Shown: positions 1-8,923, counted from the stretch's first letter. The stretch is DNA of 64,000 nt from Clostridia bacterium (GCA_017517275.1 JAFWZX010000020.1:6289-70288); one strand, 5' to 3'. Made by a program: numbers and translations. Notes: a model not told the origin generated them from the sequence alone.

Positions 1-356
1 TTAGCAAAAGGCAGATAAATAGCTCCGACAACAGGTTTTCCGTCGTCAAATAAGGAACATTGGACTCCGAATAACGGTATTCCGTTTGCCATATTATTGG
101 TGCCGTCAATAGGATCTATCGTCCACGTTCTGCCCAATACGTCAACTCCGGCGGAATGTTCTTCACCTAAAATCCGATCCTCCGGGAAAACTTTCAAAAT
201 TTCCGCGGAAATATACTTTTCAATGTTATAGTCAAGTTCTGTTACAATATCGTAGTCTGCTTTATCAATAAGAGTGATTTTAATATCACAATACTTATTA
301 TATCCGTCTAACATTGCTTTTTTTATAAAATTCAATTCATTTTTGTATGATTTCAT
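1..356 (-). CDS. Inositol monophosphatase / FBPase-superfamily protein (N-terminal part; gene runs off left edge)
   Basis: Reverse-strand reading frame with ATG at 356-354 preceded by GAGG. The translation is MKSYKNELNFIKKAML...GRTWTIDPIDGTNNMANGIPLFGVQCSLFDDGKPVVGAIYLPFA, which carries the W-x-IDPIDGT metal-binding signature of the IMPase family. It is absent from the ORF track because no stop codon lies inside the window. Confidence 0.7.
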   Translation of the reverse strand, partial: MKSYKNELNFIKKAMLDGYNKYCDIKITLIDKADYDIVTELDYNIEKYISAEILKVFPEDRILGEEHSAGVDVLGRTWTIDPIDGTNNMANGIPLFGVQCSLFDDGKPVVGAIYLPFA

Positions 357-407
357 CTTTCTGCCTCATAAATAATTTTTAATCGTCGATATAGCAATTA
401 AGTCCGA

Positions 408-2285
408 TCAAGACGTAGTTTTTGATTCCTTTACAGCGTCGTTTAATATGTTAACCCAAGGTTCAAGAGAAACGTCGAGATAAGAATACTTGTTTCGAAT
501 CAGCCAAAGCTCCTTTGTCCTTGATATAATACAAGGGATTTTATCAACGAGTTTTGCAAGTGATCTCTGCAACATATTGTCGTCTCCGCTGTCTTTGGCC
601 ATATAATACAAGCCGATTTGTTGCAAAAGAACAACGGCATCTATTGCTAATTTATAATCATCTTTAATTAATTCTGCATCAGGACGCTGCATCTGAGTCT
701 CGTCGATAATGGGAGCAAGAGCTCTGATATATTCTTCAACTCTGTAAAAATCATCGGGATGCAGACCTTCTACCCAGGATTTGCCTGTTCTGAGTCCCTC
801 TATAAACAGTCGGAAAGATAGAGTAATATTTCTCGGGTGAGAACCCTCTTGTTGATAATAATTACCAATATCAAGAACGAATTTACCCATTTTTCCCGCT
901 TTATCAAAGAAAATATGCTTATCTAAGGCTACGGCCAGATCTGCCTTCTCATTCTCTTCGTGTCCCCAAGACATGGCAGCTCCGTAGGCGATACCTGCGT
1001 AACTTGTTGCTATGCTCTGTAAATGGCCGCAGTCACCCCAGTCTGTATTGAGAAAACCGGCAGCACCGTAAGCAAGACCGTTTCTTGCGGCTGTAGTAAT
1101 ATTGGCAAGCATTTGTCCTGTTTTACCAAGTAACGTATTCCAACATGCAGTTCCGGGACATACGTAGTACGTAACGTTATTGTCTTGAAGTAACTTACAA
1201 TTCTCGGCAAGAGGAAGATTTTCATAATAGCCCCATTCGAGAGCAATCGAATCCTTTGGGAGTTCACAAAGCAGATCGGGGTAATGTTTGATAATATCGT
1301 CCCAGAAAAGAGTGGATTTGCCGTGGGAAGCTGCAATCTCGTGTACTTTGTTTAGAAAATCCACGTAGACTTTACCTTTTCCTTTCTTTTCACATGTTTC
1401 TTTTGAAAAGCCCTGACCTAACTCGATAGTTTCATCACAACAAATATTGTATTGGGAAGAGGAAAAATATGGCAAAAGATCATCTGCAATGTTTTTTACC
1501 AATTCAAGGCTACCGGAATTAAAAGGATTGAGACATCTGGGACCGGGGAGAAAAACTTCTCCTACGTAAAAGCCCTCCGGACATTCTGCCAGATGACGGT
1601 ATTCTTTATATAACCAATTATCCATATGGCCAAAATTATTTTGGGTGGGAACGAGCTCTATCAATCTGTCTTTACAATATCTGTCAATGATTAGAATATC
1701 TTCTCCTCTCATGACGTCCTTTCCTTCCCACATCTCAGGGTAAGATTTGTAAGCAAAAGGAATGCCCTCTATATACAATTCCATATGATTAATTTTAAGC
1801 CCTGCAAGCATATCTATAAGGCGGAGGATTTCTTCCGTTTTCGGAACTTTGTTACGTCCGATATCAAGCATGTATCCACGGACCGGAAAATCAGGATAGT
1901 CATTAATAATACAGCAGGGGAGAATAACTTCGTTGATATCGCCGCCGGGTGCGCCTGCGATTGTATCCATTATCTGGTTAAGAGTCATAAATCCGTAAAA
2001 AGCACCTGCTGCATCGGTATATTCTATAGAAACACCATCTTTTGTTATAATTAAATTATAACCCTGCTCTTTGACACCGGAATCTACTTTGTAAATATTT
2101 ATAACAGGAGCGTAGTGATATGTACCTATTGCAATCTCGTAAGATGAAAAATAAGCTTCTCTGGCGCAAGAAATGCAAGTATATAAATCCCTATTGTCAA
2201 TGCATATGTACCCGTATGCATTTATTGCAAAAAAATCTTCTTTTATTGTGATTGCCTTTGGTTGCGGAATTAAATTGAACTCCAT
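408..2285 (-). CDS. Glycoside hydrolase family 20-like beta-N-acetylhexosaminidase
   Basis: 625-aa ORF. INDYPDFPVRGYMLDIGRNK matches the start of the GH20 catalytic barrel (D-x-P-x-F-x-x-RG-x-x-LD-x-x-R). NICCDETIELGQG supplies the adjacent catalytic D-E pair. Confidence 0.7.
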   Translation of the reverse strand: MEFNLIPQPKAITIKEDFFAINAYGYICIDNRDLYTCISCAREAYFSSYEIAIGTYHYAPVINIYKVDSGVKEQGYNLIITKDGVSIEYTDAAGAFYGFMTLNQIMDTIAGAPGGDINEVILPCCIINDYPDFPVRGYMLDIGRNKVPKTEEILRLIDMLAGLKINHMELYIEGIPFAYKSYPEMWEGKDVMRGEDILIIDRYCKDRLIELVPTQNNFGHMDNWLYKEYRHLAECPEGFYVGEVFLPGPRCLNPFNSGSLELVKNIADDLLPYFSSSQYNICCDETIELGQGFSKETCEKKGKGKVYVDFLNKVHEIAASHGKSTLFWDDIIKHYPDLLCELPKDSIALEWGYYENLPLAENCKLLQDNNVTYYVCPGTACWNTLLGKTGQMLANITTAARNGLAYGAAGFLNTDWGDCGHLQSIATSYAGIAYGAAMSWGHEENEKADLAVALDKHIFFDKAGKMGKFVLDIGNYYQQEGSHPRNITLSFRLFIEGLRTGKSWVEGLHPDDFYRVEEYIRALAPIIDETQMQRPDAELIKDDYKLAIDAVVLLQQIGLYYMAKDSGDDNMLQRSLAKLVDKIPCIISRTKELWLIRNKYSYLDVSLEPWVNILNDAVKESKTTS

Positions 2286-2382
2286 GGATGCCTCCCGAAC
2301 TAATAGTATGTATTTTATAAGGATTTTAGTGCCTTCTTACGTAAAAGTCAATTTTAAACATGATGAAAAAAAGTTTTTTCCC

Positions 2383-2411
2383 TTTACAAATACTATGTAA
2401 AGTGGTATCAT
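2383..2411 (+). promoter_or_regulatory. Candidate SigA promoter for rpsO-pnp
   Basis: TTTACA (2383-2388), a 17-nt spacer, then TATCAT (2406-2411) with an upstream TGg extended -10 element. It lies about 95 nt upstream of the rpsO ATG. Confidence 0.45.
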
Positions 2412-2506
2412 TCTTTGGTAGCGTTTCGCGGATGTAGGACGTTAGCTTCTTGGCCGCACCTGCGATTGTGCTGTATATTTATTAATATCTAAAGGAGTGT
2501 TCCAAA

Positions 2507-2770
2507 ATGACAAAGGAAAGAAAACAACAGATTATAGCTGAATATGCTATTCACGAAGGCGACACAGGTTCACCTGAAGTTCAGGTAGCTCTTCTTACAG
2601 AGAGAATTAACCACTTAAATGAACATCTTAAGACTCACGATAAGGATCATCACTCAAGAAGAGGCCTTCTTATTCTCGTAGGTCAGAGGAGAGGTTTGCT
2701 CAATTACCTTACAAAGATTGACATTGAGAGATATCGTTCATTGGTTGCCAGACTTGGTTTGAGAAAATAA
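2507..2770 (+). CDS. rpsO: 30S ribosomal protein S15
   Basis: 87-aa ORF reading [55 protein letters not shown]...LGLRK. This is the canonical S15 sequence. AAAGGAG RBS present. Confidence 0.95.
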
Positions 2771-2781
2771 GGGAGTAAATA

Positions 2782-4875
2782 ATGTTTAAATCATTTTCAA
2801 CACAGTTAGCAGGCCGTACCCTTACTATTGAAGTAGGAAAGATGGCACAGCTTGCCAATGGTTCCGTATTGGTAAAATACGGTGATACAGTTGTCATTTC
2901 AACGGCAACTGCTTCAAAAGAGCCTAAAGACGGTATCGACTTTTTCCCGCTTAGCGTAGATTATGAAGAGAAGCTATACGCAGTAGGTAAGATTCCCGGT
3001 GGCTATATTAAGAGAGAGGGTAAGCCGTCTGAAAAGGCAATTCTAACTTCAAGAGTAATCGACAGACCGATTCGTCCGCTTTTCCCGAAGGATCTTAGAA
3101 ACGACGTAGTCGTTATCAACACGGTTCTTTCGGTAGAGCAGGATAACTCTCCTGAGGTTGCTGCTATGATCGGTACGTCAGCGGCTCTAACAATTTCTGA
3201 TATTCCGTTCAACGGACCTATCGGAGCTGTAGTACTTGGCTTGATTGACGGTGAAGTAATAATTAACCCTAATGAGGCACAACGTGCAAAGAGCGACATG
3301 TACGTAACACTTGCCGGTACAAAGGACAAGATTACGATGGTTGAAGCCGGCGCTAAGGAAGTCCCCGAAGACGTTATGCTCAAGGCAATTATTAAGGGAC
3401 ACGGCACAATCAAGAAAATTTGCGATTTTATCGGTGAGATTGCAGCCGAAGTGGGTAAGCCTAAGTTCGAGTATAAATCATGTGCTATCCCGGAAGATAT
3501 TTATTCCGATATAAAGGCTGTTGCATATGACGACATGAGACAAGCTGTTTTGGCTGTTGATAAGACAGTCCGTGATGACGCGGTAGACGCGCTTACTGCT
3601 AAGACTCTTGAAGCTTTGGCAGAGAAGTATCCTGAGTGTGAAGGCGTTATTAAAGAGGGTCTTAACAAATTAGAAAAATCTGTTGTCAGAGAGTATCTTC
3701 TCAAAGAACACAAGCGTGTTGACGGCAGAGGCCTTGAGGAGATCAGACCTCTTAGTGCCGAAGTTGCTATTTTACCTCGAACACATGGCTCCGGACTTTT
3801 TAGAAGAGGCCAGACACAGGTTCTTACAATTGCAACTCTTGGATCTATGTCTGAAATTCAGAAACTTGACGGTATTGATACAGAAGATACAAAGCGTTAT
3901 ATGCATCATTACAATTTCCCTGCATACAGTGTAGGTGAGGCTAAGACATCAAGAGGTCCGGGCCGTAGAGAGATTGGTCACGGTGCTTTGGCAGAACGTG
4001 CTTTGGAACCCGTTATTCCTTCTGAAGAAGAATTCCCATATGCAATGCGTCTCGTATCAGAAGTACTCATGTCAAACGGTTCTACGTCACAGGGAAGTGT
4101 TTGCGGTTCTACTCTTGCATTAATGGATGCCGGTGTTCCGATTAAGAGACCTGTCGCAGGTATTTCTGCAGGACTTGTTACAAATCCGGACGACGAAGAC
4201 GATTTCATTACGTTTATGGACATTCAGGGTATTGAAGACTTCTTTGGTGATATGGACTTCAAAGTTGCCGGTACGGAGAAGGGTATCACTGCAATACAGG
4301 TAGATATCAAAGTACAGGGCCTTTCTTATGAAGTAATCAAGCAAGCGTTTGATCTTACAAAAAAAGGTAGAATGCAGATCATTAACGACATCATTCTTCC
4401 TTGTATTGAAAAGCCTCGCGAGACTGTTTCTAAATATGCACCTAAGATGTTTACAATGAAGATTGATCCGGACAAGATCAGAGATGTTATCGGTACAGGC
4501 GGTAAAGTTATTAATAAAATTATTGACGAGACCGGTGTTAAGATTGACATTAATGATGACGGTACAATTTATATTGCAACAGTTGAACAGGAGAATGCTG
4601 ACAAGGCTATGAAGATTATCAGCGGTATCACAGGAGAGCTGGAGATCGGTGACGTCTTCGAGGGTAAAGTTGTTAAGATTCTGCCTAATATCGGTGCTTT
4701 TGTTGAATATCTCCCGGGAAAGGAAGCTTTGGTTCACATTTCAAAGCTTGCTAACTACAGAGTAAATAACGTAGAAGACATCGTAAATGTTGGTGATACG
4801 GTTCGTGTTAAGTACATCGGTGTTGATAAGCAGGGCAGAACAGACCTTTCTATGAAGGACGTTGAACAGTTCTGA
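2782..4875 (+). CDS. pnp: Polynucleotide phosphorylase (polyribonucleotide nucleotidyltransferase)
   Basis: 697 aa with two RNase PH domains, then KH (DKIRDVIGTGGKVINKI) and S1 (GDVFEGKVVKILPNIGAFVEY) domains. It keeps the conserved rpsO-pnp synteny. Confidence 0.95.
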   Translation: MFKSFSTQLAGRTLTIEVGKMAQLANGSVLVKYGDTVVISTATASKEPKDGIDFFPLSVDYEEKLYAVGKIPGGYIKREGKPSEKAILTSRVIDRPIRPLFPKDLRNDVVVINTVLSVEQDNSPEVAAMIGTSAALTISDIPFNGPIGAVVLGLIDGEVIINPNEAQRAKSDMYVTLAGTKDKITMVEAGAKEVPEDVMLKAIIKGHGTIKKICDFIGEIAAEVGKPKFEYKSCAIPEDIYSDIKAVAYDDMRQAVLAVDKTVRDDAVDALTAKTLEALAEKYPECEGVIKEGLNKLEKSVVREYLLKEHKRVDGRGLEEIRPLSAEVAILPRTHGSGLFRRGQTQVLTIATLGSMSEIQKLDGIDTEDTKRYMHHYNFPAYSVGEAKTSRGPGRREIGHGALAERALEPVIPSEEEFPYAMRLVSEVLMSNGSTSQGSVCGSTLALMDAGVPIKRPVAGISAGLVTNPDDEDDFITFMDIQGIEDFFGDMDFKVAGTEKGITAIQVDIKVQGLSYEVIKQAFDLTKKGRMQIINDIILPCIEKPRETVSKYAPKMFTMKIDPDKIRDVIGTGGKVINKIIDETGVKIDINDDGTIYIATVEQENADKAMKIISGITGELEIGDVFEGKVVKILPNIGAFVEYLPGKEALVHISKLANYRVNNVEDIVNVGDTVRVKYIGVDKQGRTDLSMKDVEQF

Positions 4876-4897
4876 TTAAATAATACTTGATTTTATA

Positions 4898-4934
4898 AGC
4901 TGTCTGGGTTTTAATAAGCTCAGACAGTTTTTTT
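4898..4934 (+). terminator. Rho-independent terminator after pnp
   Basis: CTGTCTG (4900-4906) pairs with CAGACAG (4921-4927) and is followed by TTTTTTT. Confidence 0.6.
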
Positions 4935-4950
4935 GTACGGAGGGATTTTA

Positions 4951-5664
4951 ATGAATAAACCAATAATAGGCATGGTGCCCAGCATAACAGATGATTTAAG
5001 ATCATATACATTATACGTTAGATATGCTAAAGCAATAGAAATTGCCGGAGGTATTCCGCTTGCTCTGCCTTACGTTTCTGAGGAAGAAGATCTCAAAGCA
5101 GTTCTTGATAAATGCGACGGTCTCTTATTGCCCGGCGGTGACGACGTTGATCCTGCGTATTTTAACGAGGAAATTTTAAATGAGACAGTTACACTGACTC
5201 AGCAGAGAGATAAATTCGAGATGCCTCTTATCAAACTTGCCGTTGAGCTTAAAAAACCTCTTCTTGCTATATGTCGCGGTATTCAGATTGTAAACGTAAC
5301 GTTTGGCGGGGATCTTTACCAAGATTTACCTACTCAACTAAACGTTAAACATCATCCGTCAGGCAGGCCGGAATATACGGGACATACAGTTGTTTTTAAA
5401 GAAGGCTCGTACCTTGCAAAATTATTTGGCTCGCAGAGCGTATTTACAAATTCGTATCATCATCAGGCGATAAGACGCGTGCCGGAATGCCTTACAGTAG
5501 TTGGTAATTGTGAAGAAGACGGTGTTATAGAAGCTCTGGTTATGGAGAATCATCCGTATTTCGTTTGCGTTCAGTGGCATCCTGAGATTACGATTGCAAG
5601 CGACGGGCCAAGCCGTATGCTGTTTGATGATTTTATTGAACATTGTAAGTCTTGCAACTGCTAA
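4951..5664 (+). CDS. Class I glutamine amidotransferase / gamma-glutamyl-GABA hydrolase (peptidase C26) family protein
   Basis: ICRGIQIVNVTFGG (nucleophile Cys) and VQWHPE (His/Glu) form the GATase-1 triad. I place the start at ATG 4951 (MNKPIIG) because it follows GGAGGG. The track's TTG at 4933 lies inside the pnp terminator T-tract. Confidence 0.8.
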   Translation: MNKPIIGMVPSITDDLRSYTLYVRYAKAIEIAGGIPLALPYVSEEEDLKAVLDKCDGLLLPGGDDVDPAYFNEEILNETVTLTQQRDKFEMPLIKLAVELKKPLLAICRGIQIVNVTFGGDLYQDLPTQLNVKHHPSGRPEYTGHTVVFKEGSYLAKLFGSQSVFTNSYHHQAIRRVPECLTVVGNCEEDGVIEALVMENHPYFVCVQWHPEITIASDGPSRMLFDDFIEHCKSCNC

Positions 5665-5680
5665 CTTTGCTACGTATCTG

Positions 5681-5717
5681 CCGCATGAGATTTGCCGGAT
5701 TTCATGCGGCCGTTTTT
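5681..5717 (+). terminator. Rho-independent terminator
   Basis: CCGCATGA (5681-5688) pairs with TCATGCGG (5702-5709), followed by CCGTTTTT. Confidence 0.6.
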
Positions 5718-5785
5718 CTAAGGTTTAGAAAGAAATAACTTTTCAAAAGCCTACAACTTTCCTCCGGGTTATGTTGTTTTTTCTC

Positions 5786-5814
5786 TTGACAACGCTATTT
5801 GCGTGGGGTATACT
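5786..5814 (+). promoter_or_regulatory. SigA-type promoter upstream of tRNA(CAU)
   Basis: Perfect TTGACA (5786-5791), an exact 17-nt spacer, then TATACT (5809-5814). It lies 15 nt upstream of the tRNA 5' end. Confidence 0.6.
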
Positions 5815-5828
5815 TGTGACTGTTGCTT

Positions 5829-5902
5829 GGATCATTAGCTCAGTTGGTTAGAGCAACCGGCTCATAACCGGTCGGTCCGGGGTTCAAGTCCCTGATGATC
5901 CA
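5829..5902 (+). tRNA. tRNA with CAT anticodon (elongator Met or lysidine-modified Ile2; not initiator)
   Basis: The cloverleaf was folded by eye.
- Acceptor stem GGATCAT/ATGATCC.
- D arm GCTC-AGTTGGTTA-GAGC.
- Anticodon arm ACCGG-CTCATAA-CCGGT.
- T arm CGGGG-TTCAAGT-CCCTG.
- Discriminator A.

CCA is not encoded. G1:C72 is paired and the anticodon stem lacks the GGG/CCC of initiator tRNAs. Confidence 0.85.
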
Positions 5903-5934
5903 CTTTTTTTGTGTCTATTTTTGGAGGCTATATT

Positions 5935-6897
5935 ATGAATATATCTGTTATCGGTACCGGGAGATGGGGATGCTGTATTGCGTGGTATTGTGCGTCAGTG
6001 CTATATCATAATGTCCTTCTTTGCGGCAGACCTACGTCTGCAGATTATTTACGCCTCGTGGAAACAAGGGAAAACGATTATCTCAAGCTTCCTGAAAGTA
6101 TTGAATTAACAGACAACAAATCCAAGGCTCTGTCTCACTCAGATTATATCGTCGTATCTATCGGAGCTCAGTCATTTCGTAGCTTCATAAGAGAACTTAC
6201 CGCAAATCATGATATCAACGGCAAGACGTTCATATTGTGTATGAAAGGGATAGAGAGTTCTTCCGGAATGCGCCTGACAGAGATTTTTGAAGAGGAAACA
6301 GGTTCAAACCGCGTTGCAATCTGGGTTGGTCCGGGGCACGTTCAGGACTACTATGCAGGTCGTCCGAGTTGTATGATAATTGCATCCCACGATATTGTTC
6401 TTACAAAAAAGCTTGTTTCTGTTTTTAACAGCAAGTTGATTCGCTTTTATTATTCAAATGATTTGATAGGCTGTGAGATAGGTGCAGCTGCGAAAAATGT
6501 TATGGGAATCGCTTCAGGAATGCTGGATGGATTGGGCTTTTCAGGTCTCAAGGGGGCTTTAATGGCTCGCGGAGCCAGGGAAGTTTCAAGACTTATCACG
6601 GCAATGGGAGGACAGGAGATAACAGCCTACGGCCTTTCACACTTAGGCGATTATCAGGCGACTTTGTTTTCTGAATATAGTCACAATAGGATGTATGGAG
6701 AAAGCTATATTAGGGGCGAGAAATTAGAGCGCCTGGCAGAAGGCGTAGATACGTCTACTGCTATGGTTTTGTTGGGTGAAAAATATAACGTGGACCTTCC
6801 TATATCAAAGGTTGTTAATCAAATCATTTTTTCTAATGCAGATCCGCGTAAAGCACTTGAATCACTGTTTGACAGAGAAAATAAATTTGAGTTTTAA
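5935..6897 (+). CDS. gpsA: NAD(P)H-dependent glycerol-3-phosphate dehydrogenase
   Basis: MNISVIGTGRWG forms a Rossmann N-terminus. GPGHVQDY and GAAAKNVMGIASGMLDG are the conserved GpsA motifs. The start is taken at ATG 5935 after GGAGG rather than the track's 5911. Confidence 0.8.
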   Translation: MNISVIGTGRWGCCIAWYCASVLYHNVLLCGRPTSADYLRLVETRENDYLKLPESIELTDNKSKALSHSDYIVVSIGAQSFRSFIRELTANHDINGKTFILCMKGIESSSGMRLTEIFEEETGSNRVAIWVGPGHVQDYYAGRPSCMIIASHDIVLTKKLVSVFNSKLIRFYYSNDLIGCEIGAAAKNVMGIASGMLDGLGFSGLKGALMARGAREVSRLITAMGGQEITAYGLSHLGDYQATLFSEYSHNRMYGESYIRGEKLERLAEGVDTSTAMVLLGEKYNVDLPISKVVNQIIFSNADPRKALESLFDRENKFEF

Positions 6898-6976
6898 ATT
6901 ATGTAACATTGTCACGGAACAGTAAATAATTGTATGGTATAATAAGCACGTAAATTTAAAGGAAGGAGATGTTATT

Positions 6977-7120
6977 ATGAAATATAAATGTACAGTATGT
7001 GGCTACGTTCACGATGAGAAAGAAGAAGGAGTACCATTTGATAAACTGCCGGAAGATTGGGTTTGCCCTTGGTGTGGAGAAGGAAAGGAATCTTTCAAAG
7101 CAGAAGAAGAGCAAGAATAA
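6977..7120 (+). CDS. Rubredoxin (47 aa; below ORF-track cut-off)
   Basis: ATG at 6977, 8 nt after GGAAGGAG. The translation is [47 protein letters not shown]. It has the two rubredoxin knuckles C-x-x-C-G-Y and W-x-C-P-x-C-G, and a terminator follows. Confidence 0.8.
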
Positions 7121-7159
7121 GTGAATTATCGCATATCTGCATAGAATATAGCAGAAAAC

Positions 7160-7198
7160 AAAGAGGCATCGCAATAAGAATGCGTTGCCTCTTTTGCT
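7160..7198 (+). terminator. Rho-independent terminator after rubredoxin
   Basis: AAAGAGGCA (7160-7168) pairs with TGCCTCTTT (7186-7194) and runs into a T-rich tail. Confidence 0.6.
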
Positions 7199-7309
7199 CG
7201 GCGGGTATTTTTAATTTTGAATTGAAACACCGTATGCCAAACGGCACGGACGTGATGCGAGGGACGGATTTATTTCCGCCTGTTCGATCAAAATAATTGA
7301 AATAAAAAA

Positions 7310-7382
7310 TACACCTTCAGGGACTCGAACCCTGGGCCCATTGATTAAGAGTCAATTGCTCTACCAGCTGAGCTAAAGGTGT
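7310..7382 (-). tRNA. tRNA-Lys (anticodon CTT)
   Basis: The reverse complement folds as a cloverleaf.
- Acceptor stem ACACCTT/AAGGTGT.
- D arm GCTC-AGCTGGTA-GAGC.
- Anticodon arm ATTGA-CTCTTAA-TCAAT.
- T arm CAGGG-TTCGAGT-CCCTG.
- Discriminator A. Confidence 0.85.
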
Positions 7383-7394
7383 ATAACGTGGTGT

Positions 7395-7422
7395 ATTATA
7401 TCACTTAAAAACTGTTTGTCAA
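7395..7422 (-). promoter_or_regulatory. SigA-type promoter for tRNA-Lys
   Basis: On the minus strand, TTGACA (7422-7417), a 16-nt spacer, then TATAAT (7400-7395) preceded by TGa. It sits about 12 nt upstream of the tRNA 5' end. Confidence 0.55.
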
Positions 7423-7453
7423 CTGTGAAAAATAAAAATTTCAAGGCAAAAAA

Positions 7454-8203
7454 TCAGTAATCTACCTCCACGAGACACAGTCCCTTTGCCGGAACCATAT
7501 ATCCGGCCATCTTACGATCCATAGCGGCGAAGATCTCTCCCATAGAATCTTCACTTCTTGTATAAAAACCAACCTCAAGCAGCGTTCCGGTCAGAATTCT
7601 TACCATATTCTGCAAAAAACCGTCCGCATGATAAGTAAACGTTATATGATTCTCGTTAACAGAGATTTTGATATCGTCTACGTTTCTCACGGAGTTTTTA
7701 TTAAAATGACTGTTTCCGCAAAAGCTCTTATAGTCATGCTCTCCCATAAGGTGTTTTGCAGCACGGCGCATTCTGTTAACATCAGGCATATCGTGAATAA
7801 CGTAAACGTAGTGCCTGTCAAATATCGGCTTGTTGCCGACGGATGTACTAACGAAACACGTATATTTATAAGTTTTTCCTACTGAGTTATATCTACTGTG
7901 AAAACGATCGGACGCTTCCTTCAGCTGTATTACACATATATCATCAGGCAGATACTTATTGACGTAAGAGCGAATCTCATCTTCTGAAAGAGCCGTAGAC
8001 ATGTGACAGTTTGCAACCATTCCCAATGCGTGAACACCGCTGTCTGTACGGCCTGCACCGATAACGTCTACCTTTTCACCGACAAGGCGCGATAAAACAG
8101 CCTCGAGTTTCGACTGAATTGTTTCTGCCGTATTACCCTGGCTCTGCCATCCCGAATAACGCGTGCCGTCATAGGAAATAATCATTTTATAATTCTTTCT
8201 CAC
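7454..8203 (-). CDS. truA: tRNA pseudouridine(38-40) synthase TruA
   Basis: KMIISYDGTRYSGWQ and GAGRTDSGVHALGMVAN (catalytic Asp) are the TruA signatures. GTG start at 8203 lies 9 nt after AAGGA. Confidence 0.9.
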   Translation of the reverse strand: MRKNYKMIISYDGTRYSGWQSQGNTAETIQSKLEAVLSRLVGEKVDVIGAGRTDSGVHALGMVANCHMSTALSEDEIRSYVNKYLPDDICVIQLKEASDRFHSRYNSVGKTYKYTCFVSTSVGNKPIFDRHYVYVIHDMPDVNRMRRAAKHLMGEHDYKSFCGNSHFNKNSVRNVDDIKISVNENHITFTYHADGFLQNMVRILTGTLLEVGFYTRSEDSMGEIFAAMDRKMAGYMVPAKGLCLVEVDY

Positions 8204-8290
8204 TGAATCACGTCCTTTTCACAAGGATTTTATTATATAAAGCGACAAAAAGCAATGGCATATGGTATAATTTGCCTTGGAGGTGCAAAA

Positions 8291-8923
8291 ATGATTAAAA
8301 CATACCTTTTTGATTTTGACGGTACGTTGGTCGATTCAATGCCTACTTATGTTTCTTCAATGTTAAGGATACTTGATGAAAATAACGTACAGTACAAAAG
8401 TGATATCGTGAAAATAATAACGCCGCTGGGAATCCCGGGAACGGCGGAATATTTCATAAATATGGGTTTAAAATTGCCGAAAAATGAGATTATTGATTTA
8501 ATGAAGAAATACATGATTCAGGAATATACGTATAATATTCCGGCTAAAAAGAACGTTATTGAGGTTCTTTGTGAGTTGAAAAGTAAAGGCGCAAATCTTA
8601 ACGTGCTTACAGCAAGTCCCCATGTAACACTTGATCCTTGCCTTAAGCGACTTGGCATTTTTGATTTATTTACAAACGTATGGTCCTGTGACGATTTTAA
8701 TACGACAAAAGCTGATCCGAATATCTATAAAATGGCAGCGGAACGTATGGGAGAATCTGTAGATAATATACTTTTCTTAGACGATAATTACAATGCGGAC
8801 AAGACCGCTAAATCTGCAGGAATGAAGGTTTGCGGAGTGTATGATAAGTCTTCTGATGAGTATACGGAGGAAATTAAGAGTATATGCGATTGTTACATAT
8901 ACGACTTTGCTGAATTGCTTTAA
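8291..8923 (+). CDS. HAD-superfamily hydrolase (subfamily IA-like)
   Basis: MIKTYLFDFDGTLVDS is HAD motif I (DxDGT), LTASP is motif II, and LFLDDNYNADKTAKSAGM is motif III/IV. ATG 8291 follows GGAGG. A TGgTATAAT extended -10 element at 8263-8271 lies inside the track's longer ORF, which argues against the 8255 start. Confidence 0.8.
   Translation: MIKTYLFDFDGTLVDSMPTYVSSMLRILDENNVQYKSDIVKIITPLGIPGTAEYFINMGLKLPKNEIIDLMKKYMIQEYTYNIPAKKNVIEVLCELKSKGANLNVLTASPHVTLDPCLKRLGIFDLFTNVWSCDDFNTTKADPNIYKMAAERMGESVDNILFLDDNYNADKTAKSAGMKVCGVYDKSSDEYTEEIKSICDCYIYDFAELL

Noticed and set aside
4120-4737. 205-aa reverse-strand ORF inside pnp. There are similar antisense ORFs at 3003-3413, 9506-9970, 10290-10769, 12072-12449, 36625-37155, 37641-38165, 38943-39551, 41231-41626, 56607-56987 and 61472-61876.
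   Set aside because: Each lies wholly inside a strongly supported conserved gene on the other strand. They have low-complexity or odd composition (Ser/Leu/Ile/Cys-rich), with no RBS and no recognisable motif. These are typical shadow ORFs of an AT-rich genome.
7057-7296. 79-aa + strand ORF, and the 72-aa - strand ORF at 6956-7174.
   Set aside because: Both overlap the well-supported rubredoxin gene and its terminator. The sequences are Arg/Cys-rich or Phe/Leu-rich and lack an RBS.
7198-7309. About 110 nt between the rubredoxin terminator and the 3' end of tRNA-Lys, containing imperfect hairpins (CCGTGCC...GGCATACGG on the minus strand). I considered a small RNA or a tRNA terminator.
   Set aside because: The stems are imperfect, there is no clear U-tract, and I could recognise no promoter or conserved motif. 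The evidence is insufficient to call a feature.
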